Shown: positions 54,086-64,000 of the stretch, one piece after another
How the letters are laid out: each line of letters opens with the position of its first letter
Position numbering within the stretch: the stretch's first letter is position 1
Assembly: GCA_951406725.2 (NCBI GenBank)
Contig: OX597815.1
Location: 158,286,001 to 158,350,000, forward strand
Direction of reading: 5' to 3'
Length of the DNA stretch: 64,000 nucleotides
DNA from: Octopus vulgaris
Lineage: Eukaryota
Program-made: the position numbers and the translations under genes
Notes under the pieces: model-generated
Told to the model about the DNA's origin: nothing
Database searches by the model: none
What the model saw: the letters and a program-made list of their open reading frames with translations, nothing else

Positions 54086-54133
54086 GTCTCCGATGAAGGG
54101 ATATAATAAATATCCTGGAAACATCTGTAAGAC
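54086..54133 (+). ncRNA. Second copy of the PLE hammerhead, core mutated
   Basis: GTCT-CCGATGA-AGGGATAT..ATATCCT-G-GAAAC-ATCT-GTA^AGAC (U4 to C). Confidence 0.6.
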
Positions 54134-54197
54134 TTTCTGTCTACAAATGTTCTAAAATCTACACAGCCTTCGTTTTTTTCTCATTATGAAAAGAAAA

Positions 54198-54270
<73 letters not shown>

Positions 54271-54279
54271 AATATATAT

Positions 54280-54310
<31 letters not shown>

Positions 54311-54311
54311 A

Positions 54312-54386
<75 letters not shown>

Positions 54387-54782
54387 AGGCGCAGGAGTGG
54401 CTGTGTGGTAAGTAGCTTGCTAACCAACCACATGGTTCCGGGTTCAGTCCCACTGCGTGGCATCTTGGGCAAATGTCTTCTGCTATAGCCCCGGGCTGAC
54501 CAATGCCTTGTGAGTGGATTTGGTAGACGGAAACTGAAAGAAGCCTGTCGTATATATGTATACATATATGTGTGTGTGTTTGTGTGTTTGTCCCCCTAGC
54601 ATTGCTTGACAACCGATGCTGGTGTGTTTACGTCCCCGTAACTTAGCGGTTCGGCAAAAGAGACCGATAAAATAAGTACTGTGCTTACAAAGAATAAGTC
54701 CCGGGGTCGATTTGCTCGACTAAAGGTGGTGCTCCAGCATGGCCGCAGTCAAATGACTGAAACAAGTAAAAGAGTAAAGAGA

Positions 54783-54785
<3 letters not shown>
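54387..54785 (+). mobile_element. SINE family B, full length, young
   Basis: AGGCGCAGGAGTGGCTGTGTGG A-box, GGTTCAGTCCC B-box, CTTGGGCAAA CORE-like motif, AAAGAGT-type tail. Confidence 0.93.
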
Positions 54786-54847
<62 letters not shown>

Positions 54848-54886
54848 TATATATATATAAATATATACATATATATATATATAAAT

Positions 54887-54921
<35 letters not shown>

Positions 54922-55234
54922 AATATATATATATAAATATACCTGATGTTAACATCTGATGTTAGCCAATAACCGTGGACATGGTTTACTCAGAGTGCTT
55001 CAATGTATACAGCTATAACCAGAATAAAACTATGATTTTAACTATGTGTGTGTGTACATATATACGTACGTATATACCGATTGCCTTTTATGACTCCCAT
55101 TGTATTAACGGATATAAATATAATCTTAAAGACAATACAAACTGTTGTGAACGGCTTGATTATGAAATGAATATTCTTTGGTTTCTTATTAAAATATCAG
55201 GTGTCAATAATTTCGGTAGGTTATTCCTTCCTTC

Positions 55235-55467
55235 TTTCTTATTTCGTTACTGTCCACAAGAGGCTACACACAGAGAGAACAAACAAAGACAGACAAACGG
55301 ATTAAGTCGATTATATCGACTGCAGTGCGTTACTGGTACTTATTTAATCGACCCCGAAAGGATGGAAGGCAAAGTCGACCTCAGCGGAATTTGAACTCAG
55401 AACGTAGCGGCAGACAAAAAACCGTTAAGCATTTCGCTCGGCGTGCTAACGTTTCTGCCAGCTCGCC
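55235..55467 (-). mobile_element. SINE family A
   Basis: Full head, core and tail in reverse complement. Confidence 0.9.
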
Positions 55468-56729
55468 TTTCTTCTTTCTGTCCTTGCTATCTACCCACTT
55501 ATGGGGAAATCTTTGTGGCTACAGGAAGTAAATACCAAAATAATTCCCCCCCTCTCTCTCACACACATACACACACACACACACACACAGAGACACACAC
55601 ACACACACAAAGGTAGGATTTCTCTGTAATTTTTATGTGAAAACTAACAAAAAAGAAAAAAAATGAAACCATGGAATTATTCCCTATTTTCCTGAAAATC
55701 ATAAAAAATATTATGTTTTAATTTGTGTTAATTACAGTCCTTTTTCCAATTTTAAACATATTTAGCCCTTTTCTTTCTTCTTTTATTAAATTCGACAAAG
55801 AACCAAATAAACTGGTAAAAACAACTGTAGTTAAAAATACTTCGTCTTTTGTTTTTTGTGAATAAAAATATGTCTCTTAGAATAGATATAAATATATATT
55901 GATCTCTTGCTTTTGGCTTTGCTTCACGAGAATCTTTTGTGTCTGTCTAGTGAACAGTCCTTTACGCTTAGAGAACATCAATCTGATTCTTGTACTGAAT
56001 TGACTTGTATGTCATATGTCATCTGTCTTCTTTCCCCTTCACGTCAATTATCTCTGTAACATGCCGGTCCACACGTGTTTGTCGTATTTTCTTTCAGTTA
56101 TTATTATTGTTGTTCTAGTTGTCGTCGTCGTCATCCTCATCCTCATCATCACCATCATCATCATCATCATTAATTTATTTATTGATTTATTAATTTTTTC
56201 ACACGAACTTTTCAAGCTTTACTTGTTCCTTTACAATTTTGGTTTCCATAGTAATATGGATAGTAGTATCGGTCTCTTCTCTAACTGTTCGTTCGTTATT
56301 TCTGAAACAATTGGGTTGAGAACATGAATTGCCCAGCTGAAATCCTATTAGCCGTTGTTCCAGATGAATCATCAACATATGTTAGGAAATACGAAACACA
56401 AAGGACTTTTTAAATTAATTGCACTACTACCACATGTGTTTTTACTTACATCTTATGTCTATTGACAGCAGTAGCAGTGCCCAATGGCCCGGAGAAAATT
56501 GACATTATAAATAAAATTTCTCGAAATAAAGAAATTCAATCAATTACTTGTCACAAAATGTTTTCTCTGCAAGAAAATGAAATTCACTTGCTTATTTAAA
56601 CTTTGTATTGTTATAACATTTTGTAGGGAGTGTTATCGAAAACATTTACGAAAATATAATTGAGACAATGTTGCGTTGCAATCAGTAACGACATTAATTA
56701 AGGGAATTATTAAATATATAAGTGCAGGC

Positions 56730-56873
56730 CCGAAGTCGACTTTGCCTTTCATACTTTCGGGGTCGATAAATTAAGTACCAGTTACGCACTGGGGTCGATG
56801 TAATCGACTTAGTCTCTCTGTCTGTCCTTGTTTGTCCCCTCTGTGTTTAGCCCCTTGTGGGTAGTAAAGAAAT
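56730..56873 (+). mobile_element. 5'-truncated SINE family A inserted at the head of a family B SINE
   Basis: TSD ATATATAAGTGCAGGC at 56714-56729 and 56874-56889. Confidence 0.88.
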
Positions 56874-56879
56874 ATATAT

Positions 56880-57031
56880 AAGTGCAGGCGTAGTTGTGTG
56901 GTAAAAAGTTTGCTTCCGAACCAAACAGTTCTGGGTTCATACCCTTGCGTAACACCTTGGGCAAGTGTCCTATACCATAGATCCGGGTCCGACGAAAGCT
57001 TTGTGAGTAGAAGCATGTCGTGTGTGCATAC

Positions 57032-57102
<71 letters not shown>

Positions 57103-57300
57103 TGTGTGTATGTGTGTGTGTAGCCCACCATCGTTTGACAATCGATATTTATGTCCCCGTAACTAAGCGGTTCGGCGTAAGAGAACAACACAATAAGAAC
57201 CAGGCTTAAAAAGAATAAGTACTGAGGTCGATTCGTTCATCTAAAACTTTTCAAGGTGGTGCCCCAGCATGGCCGTAGTCCAATGACTGAGACTAGTAAA
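56880..57300 (+). mobile_element. SINE family B, diverged
   Basis: CACCTTGGGCAAGTGTC; tail CCAGCATGGCCGTAGTCCAATGACTGA. Confidence 0.85.
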
Positions 57301-57586
57301 ATATAACAGATATATTTTTACGAAATAACTCGAGAAATTTATATAATATTTGACTAACATTATTTATAATAAATACACAAAATACAGTCAAATCGGTGAC
57401 TGAAGAATAAAAATTTTGGGGCTTTGATATAAATATGAGAAATAATATTGAAAACAAAAAAAAAAAAATTGAGCGCTTCATTATTTTAACAAAGATGTTT
57501 AACAACATACATAAATATACTGGAATTAACATCCAAATCAATCGAAATGCTTCAATAAATATATTCGGGTTAATATTAATCTCTCC

Positions 57587-57628
<42 letters not shown>

Positions 57629-58699
57629 TATCTTTCCAGATAATGTATCCGTGTGGAATAGCTGGGCAATCCAAGACTAATGTTTGTACGCACAAAATAT
57701 CTCCATTACTTCCATTTTACATTTTCACAACCAGCAGGATTAACGTCGTTATGTTTTTCACTATCCCCACTTTTCTCATTATATATGAAGGCTTCCTTCA
57801 ATAGGAAAGAGAACGACATAATTTTCAGGAAAGATCAATGAGTCATATCAGTCATGTGACCAGCAATTGCACAAAAACATGTTTACACCTAACATGCTGT
57901 TGACTCATCAGTTGATCACAAACAGGTTTGGTCCCTTTTCCCTATATTCACAGGCTTAAGAAATAAACAACAATAACAATAAAAACACAACTCATTGGAT
58001 AGTTTCGTGTCCATTATTCGTCTTTATTTTCAAACATTTTCTACACGGTGTGATATACTGCAATAATAAAATGACATTATCACTCAATTATCATACACTA
58101 GTTCGTAAATCAATTTATATCCCTCAAATTGTAATAGAAATAAACGATATTTTTGGAGTATAATCAATTTCTACTAATGGAAGTCTTTTAACAGAATATA
58201 AAATATTTCTTTGAATTATATTTTATCTTTTTAGGTATGAAAATTTGGCTTACCCACTCTTAATTACGTCTCTCTGAAATTAGAATTTACGACAAAATAA
58301 GTAGCCCAATTAATTGTTATGAATAATAAAAGTGTGGTATTCTGTTATATTTTCAAAATTAGACGAAGATTTTATATTACTCAAATTAAATATCTTCAGT
58401 TTCTATCTCGTTTGAGAAAATTCTGGAATGAAAACTTTAAAAATAGATAGCTTTATAATTTTAATAATTCACACATCATGATTTTAAAAGTACATGCATA
58501 AAATAGTTTTAAAAATATTCTTAAAACGATTTTAAAATGAGATTAATTTGCTAATGTTGGTGAATTATCAAAAACAGTGTTGTGCGTTGGGATAAACGTT
58601 TTAGAGTGATTAGTTTTGTTTTGTTTTGACGTAGGTTCCATAAGATCTTTATCTAAGTTAATATATTTTTTCCGTCATAAGCAGTTTATCTTGGCTGTG

Positions 58700-58797
58700 A
58701 AGGCGCAGGTATGGCTATGTGGTTAAGAAGCTCGCGTTGCTACCCGTGGTTTCGGGATCACTCCCATTGTGCGGTGCTTTGGGAAAGTGTTTTCTAC
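58700..58797 (+). mobile_element. SINE family B head fragment
   Basis: AGGCGCAGGTATGGCTATGTGG...TTGGGAAAGTG. Confidence 0.7.
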
Positions 58798-58854
<57 letters not shown>

Positions 58855-58859
<5 letters not shown>

Positions 58860-59068
58860 ATCCAAACATGAACAAAGAGAAAACATAACAACGCGAGGAC
58901 GTGGAACAAGTATAGTGTTATTGGGCGCTCAGCAAAGGAAAGAAAGAAGGACGATTTAACGTTTCGAACGGAGCTCTTCGTCAGAAACATAGAAAAAGAA
59001 AAGGTCCAAGGAAGGGAAGACGGAGAAAGAAAATCGCCAACGATACACACGCGGTCACATATTCAGAT
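58855..59068 (-). mobile_element. Penelope-like pLTR fragment with minimal hammerhead (58955-58987)
   Basis: Minus strand TTT-CTGACGA-A-GAGC-TCC-GTTC-GAAAC-GTT^AAA; flanked by (TA)n. Confidence 0.7.
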
Positions 59069-59111
59069 AATATATATGTGTATATATATATATATAAGTA
59101 CACACGCACAC

Positions 59112-59183
<72 letters not shown>

Positions 59184-59289
59184 ACACACATATAGATAAA
59201 TAGATGCTGATGATAGTTTCGCGCAGTCCGAACCAGATTGTTCTGCAATTTCTGGTTGAACAACCTGCACAAATGATTTATCTATAGCG

Positions 59290-59500
59290 ATCAAATGTTT
59301 GTGCAGTACTTTACTCCTCTCCTTCCTTCAAATCGACGTTGCCTAAACAGGTGCAAGGTGTACCATACATCAGGTGTCAAAGCGATTGCAGAACAACGTG
59401 AGATGAAGAAGCATTTTACTCAAGAACACAACGCACCACGCAGTTCAGGAACTGAAACCAAGACCTCACGATTCTGAGTGCAACGCCCTAACCGATGTAC
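59290..59500 (-). mobile_element. SINE family D-related, degraded
   Basis: CAACGTGAGATGAAG..CTCAAGAACACAACGC..GAAACC..CTCACGAT. Confidence 0.7.
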
Positions 59501-59899
59501 TCACTTTCACACACACGTGTGTCTATGTGTGTGTGTACATACATGTATAAGTATACATACATACGTACTTATGTATTTATGTATATCGATTCCTGTACCG
59601 GACGGCGCGTTTTTTTTTTTTTTGAGCAAAACATTTTATTTCACTTACCTCTGCAATCATTTTGACATCTAACGTGTGGCACACTTGTGCACCTGTTCAG
59701 GAAATGACAATTTTATGAAGGGAGTTAGCTAATGTAGGACACATACGTTTGATCACTATAAACAAATTATTTGTGCAGTAAAAACTGAATGCTCGTACAT
59801 CATCTTCGACGGGAGATTCCATCAGATACAAGCATGTGTATGTGTGTGTGTGTGTGTGCGCGCGTGCGCGCGCACGTGTGCGTGTTTGTGTATGTGTGT

Positions 59900-60095
59900 G
59901 TCCCATCTACTGCTTAAGAACCGCTGTTGGTTTGTTTACGTCACGTAACTAAGAGTTCGGGCAAAGAGACCGATACAAGTACCAAACTTGAAAAAAAAAA
60001 AATAAATAAACGTACTGGGGTAGATTAGTTCGATCAAATCATTCCACGTGGTGCCCAAGAACGGTGGCAGTTCAATGACTGAAATAAATAAAAGG
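59900..60095 (+). mobile_element. SINE family B, 3' half
   Basis: GTTTACGTCACGTAACT..GCAAAGAGACCGATA..CAATGACTGAAA. Confidence 0.75.
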
Positions 60096-60408
60096 TAAAA
60101 GAAGATAGCAATATAAAAGAAAAAAAACAAGGAAACAAAGAAAGAAAGAGACAGAAGCTACGCCTAAAAACAGAAATAAGGAAGAAATGAAATCCAGAAT
60201 GCTGTGGCACACGAATCAGCGAGTGGTTAACTGATAACAGTTTTGTGAGTTGAGGCTAATTAAACACTTTGCTTCCAACAAGGCTACTCGATTTAACAGC
60301 GAAATATGTGGAGCAAAGTGAAATGAACGTTATATTTTTATGTATAAATATAGTACGATAGCTATTAAACGTGCAACGGAGTTACTCTAGACTGGTAAAT
60401 TCACGTAA

Positions 60409-60635
60409 GCGAGCTGGCAGAAACGTAAGCTCGCCGGGCGAAATGCCTAGCGGTATTTCGTCTGCCGCTACGTTCTGAGTTCAAATTCCGCCGAGGTCGA
60501 CTTTGCCTTTCATCCTTCCGGGGTCGATTAAATAAGTACCAGTTACGCACTGGGGTCGATATAATCGACTTAATCCGTTTGTCTGTCCTTGTTTGTCTTT
60601 TCTGTGTTTAGCCCCTTGTGGGTAGTAAAGAAATA
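60409..60635 (+). mobile_element. SINE family A, young, with perfect TSD
   Basis: 15-bp TSD GGTAAATTCACGTAA at 60394-60408 and 60636-60650. Confidence 0.93.
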
Positions 60636-61202
60636 GGTAAATTCACGTAACCCTTCTTTATTTTCAACTTGTTCTCATAACTTTCACATACTCTCATAGC
60701 TATTGAAAAATACATACATACATACATACACACATACATACATACATACATACATACATACATACATACATACATACATACATACATACATACATACATA
60801 CATACGTTACTTTTACTGAGACATAGTATCTAGGATCACATTCTGTTATATGTCCGTCTCTTTTTTTAAGTAAGTTAAGATTTGGTTCCTACATTTGGGA
60901 GGTCGAGCGTTTGGCTAGACATTTCTTTTTTAAAGTTGCAGTTTGGAAGTGCGTTTCTATTTCAGACAATATATTATGAAGCTGTGGATATAGAACACAT
61001 GAGTCTAATTTGATAGTTATAAAGAATTGAATTAAGACATAGAACTAAGAATTCTATTAAAATTTCATATTAAATTATCAACTAAGTACGAGGAGAACCG
61101 ACCCACAGGCAATATGTACATAAATACGTATGTACGCATGCACACACGCATGTATGTACGCACGTACGCATGTATGTATGTATGTATGTATGTATGTATG
61201 TA

Positions 61203-61233
<31 letters not shown>

Positions 61234-61518
61234 ATGTATGTATGTGTGTATGTATGTATGTATGTATGTATGTATGTATGTATGTATGTATGTATGTATG
61301 TATGTATGTATGTATGTATGTATGTATGTATGTATGTGTGTGTGTATGTATGTATGTATGTATGTAATATGTATAGGTTGATAGAGATATAGACATATAT
61401 TTGTATATGCGTGTATATACATAAATATTTATATATATACACGTATATGTGTGTGCGTACGCGCGCGCGTGTGTACCTATCTATACACACACTCATGCAC
61501 ACTCGCTTATACACACTT

Positions 61519-61550
<32 letters not shown>

Positions 61551-62329
61551 CCTCACACACACACACGAACACAAACACATATATACGCACAATTTTAATT
61601 TACAGCCAACATTTTCATTTAAGGCTATTTCCTAAGATTCAGCTTCATTCAGTCCAGCTGTAGGCAGGAATATCAAACTGATCGACTACTGAGTTAGAGC
61701 TTTTCCATATTGTTACAGCAGTCGAGGCACGTGTTAATACCTCTCCTTCCACTACACCCTCACTCAATCAGCCACCCGTTAGTTTACCGACCTCCATGTT
61801 CGCCGTTAATCTACTGCCCTATTGCTGAATTTCCTCGATCCACTGGTTCCTACCTCACAGCCTGTCTCTTTCCTCTCCCCTCTTATTCACTCTTATTTAT
61901 GTTTGTTCCTTCCATTTGTTTAATTTTCACAACCTTCATGTCCAAGCAGTCACAACAGAGATCGTGGGTTGTTCCTCAGGAAGCTGCCTTATCAGTTGGT
62001 GTGTAATCTTGTATTATTTTCTCCTCTAGTTCGTGACTGGCCCAGCAAGTATAAAATTTGGAAAGGCCCTGCCGCAGTCTATGATATCCAGCTGGAAAAT
62101 TTACAGACATTGATATAGTAGATTGTAATAATTCTAGCTGTGGTATTTTTTCAAATTACCGTAACAAAGTCGTAGAAAGCGGGAAAATGCCACTACTCTA
62201 GTCAAAAGCAAATGAGAAGGAAAACTAATCAGTACCAAGCTCTATTCACTGGCCAATTCCCTTTCGTATAGAGCAACAGCTGTGGACACCACTAACTGTC
62301 TTTATAAATACGCAAGCCATTCATACTGT

Positions 62330-63500
62330 TCTCCTTTGTGATAACTCTCACACTTCACATCTAGTTCAGTTTTTATTGACCAGGCTACACTCTGTATTCC
62401 ATCCTTATCCAGAAAGATAGTACCTACAAGAATGTTGAATGCTTACTTCACTTTCATAGTTTTACTCGATATTAGTAGCAACAAATACTTCCAGTTACAT
62501 AAAATGTGCTTTTCCAAGATCTCTAAATTCACTTTGTGGCCCTACTGCTACCCAGCTCCTCCGACCACTAATAGGGATTCAGCTATCTTCCGCCTTGCAT
62601 TGATAAAGTCATCGTCCTCAGCAACCTCAATAGTCACAACTTCTCTTGGTTCTCATACTCCTTCTTCAGAAGGTGAAGGAGTTTGCACTCAAACTATTAT
62701 AGTATCATAACTTACACCGACACACTGCCGTTACAAACACTCTTGATCTTTTTCTCAACTCCTAACTCAGCCTTTACCAAACTATCACTATACCTTTCTG
62801 GTTGCCCGACAACTGCCTAGTCAAATGTAAAAATAAGTAAAGTTACCTTCTCGAGTCGTGCCGGCTCATAAGGACCTGTTTCCCAGTTTCATGGCGTATA
62901 AACTTTCCACCTGGACGGGACATTCGTCTATCGCAGGATTATTCATTTTTGCTAGCTGAGTGAATTGGAGCAACGTGAAATGAAGTGTTTTGCTCATGAA
63001 CATAACACGGTGCCCTGTCCAAAAATCGAAACCACAAATGTACTCATCACAAACCCACCACACCATTTACCGGCAGAGTTTCACCACTTTCACATTTGAA
63101 AACCTCAGGGATAGGAACAAATGTACTTCATCTTTGACCCACCCAAGGCAATTTAGTAGGAGACCAAAATCATGCTCTTAAGCCTGTCTCTTGTTAACAA
63201 TCAAAGCCCAGGCTCCAAAATTACCCAAGTGGTTCACACGCATCAGCATCGCAACAGTTAAGGCAAAGAACACGATCTACAACAACTGGAAGCACACCCT
63301 GCCTTTCTTTACTGGGTGGTTTTTACCCATTACTGTCACTTCTCCAATACCAATTATCTGAAGAGCGACTTGGTGAATCGCACAATTTATTAGCTATCCT
63401 ACCTCCCAATCTGCTGCTGGTCTCTAGCTAAGAAGGTCTTAACCAACTCAACAGAATTTTCTTACTGCCCCTCAAGCGAGACTGTCTTAGGCTGGAAGCT
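62330..63500 (+). mobile_element. Degraded CR1-group LINE (Zenon-like) ORF2: APE endonuclease and linker
   Basis: VIVLSNLNSHN..W/LGSHT, NTLDLFL, DNCLV, PKWFTRISIATVKAKNTIYNNWK, CWSLAKKVL across frameshifts. Confidence 0.7.
62836..63040 (-). mobile_element. SINE family D-related insertion in the LINE relic
   Basis: AGCTGAGTGAATTGGAGCAACGTGAAATGAAGTGTTTTGCTCA..ATCGAAACC matches the reverse complement of 35950-36032; different tail. Confidence 0.8.
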
Positions 63501-64000
63501 TATTTTCAGACCACATAATCACAGTTTTTGTTAGTTGCTTTCTTTCTCACCCACATTTTACCAACTCGAATATGCCTACAGGTTAAGCTGTTCTCCCTTT
63601 CTTTTTCCCTACTACATTAACAAACAACCTAATGAATGTTGTCTCCGTTTCCATTCCCCTTTAATCATTTGTATACAGACTCTATCCACAAGCACACTAG
63701 GTATTATATGTAAAACCTTGACTAACTCTGAGTCTAACATATTTCAACATCCCAAAGGCACAAATACTGTTCATACCAAGGAACTACTTTCTACATCACT
63801 TTCTCTAGCAGATTTTACATAATTAAAGACATCAAAATCACCACAGACGCTACAATAACTCTGATAACCTTGCTGACAATCCTACATGCGCAACATAGCA
63901 AAAATTGCAATCCGAGGACTAGGCTTCCCCAGGTTGTCACAAATATTCTTTTTCTAATTGACTACTGGACCTCTATGAAGCTTTTAAGTAAAATCTACAA

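Noticed and set aside
57927-57945. miR-133-like TTTGGTCCC
   Set aside because: Match ends after 9 nt and there is no precursor hairpin.

Overview
AT-rich eukaryotic DNA saturated with (TA)n, (CA)n, (TATG)n, (TCTA)n and (TTA)n microsatellites. The tRNA-derived SINE families resemble those I associate with octopus/coleoid cephalopods; this is an inference, not a database result. I see no host protein-coding gene, rRNA, true tRNA or CRISPR array, so the window is intergenic or deep intronic, and most ORFs in the track are microsatellite translations. It holds at least 4 tRNA-derived SINE families (about 35 copies) and decayed IS630-Tc1-mariner elements of four kinds (Tc1, mariner, maT/DD37D-like, rosa/DD41D-like). 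There are also hAT-, pogo-, mariner- and Merlin-like MITEs, two Helitrons, a CR1-group LINE relic and several Penelope-like (PLE) relics. The most interesting signal is a set of hammerhead ribozyme (HHR) motifs in several unrelated non-coding repeats. The best is a perfect type I HHR (minus strand, 35201-35282) inside a 535-bp-period tandem repeat with apparently identical copies, resembling a non-LTR retrozyme or mini-PLE. Another is a palindromic element that joins a Pol III tRNA-like head to a PLE-type HHR tail (7948-8337). Repeat boundaries were read by eye and are approximate unless TIRs or TSDs are quoted.
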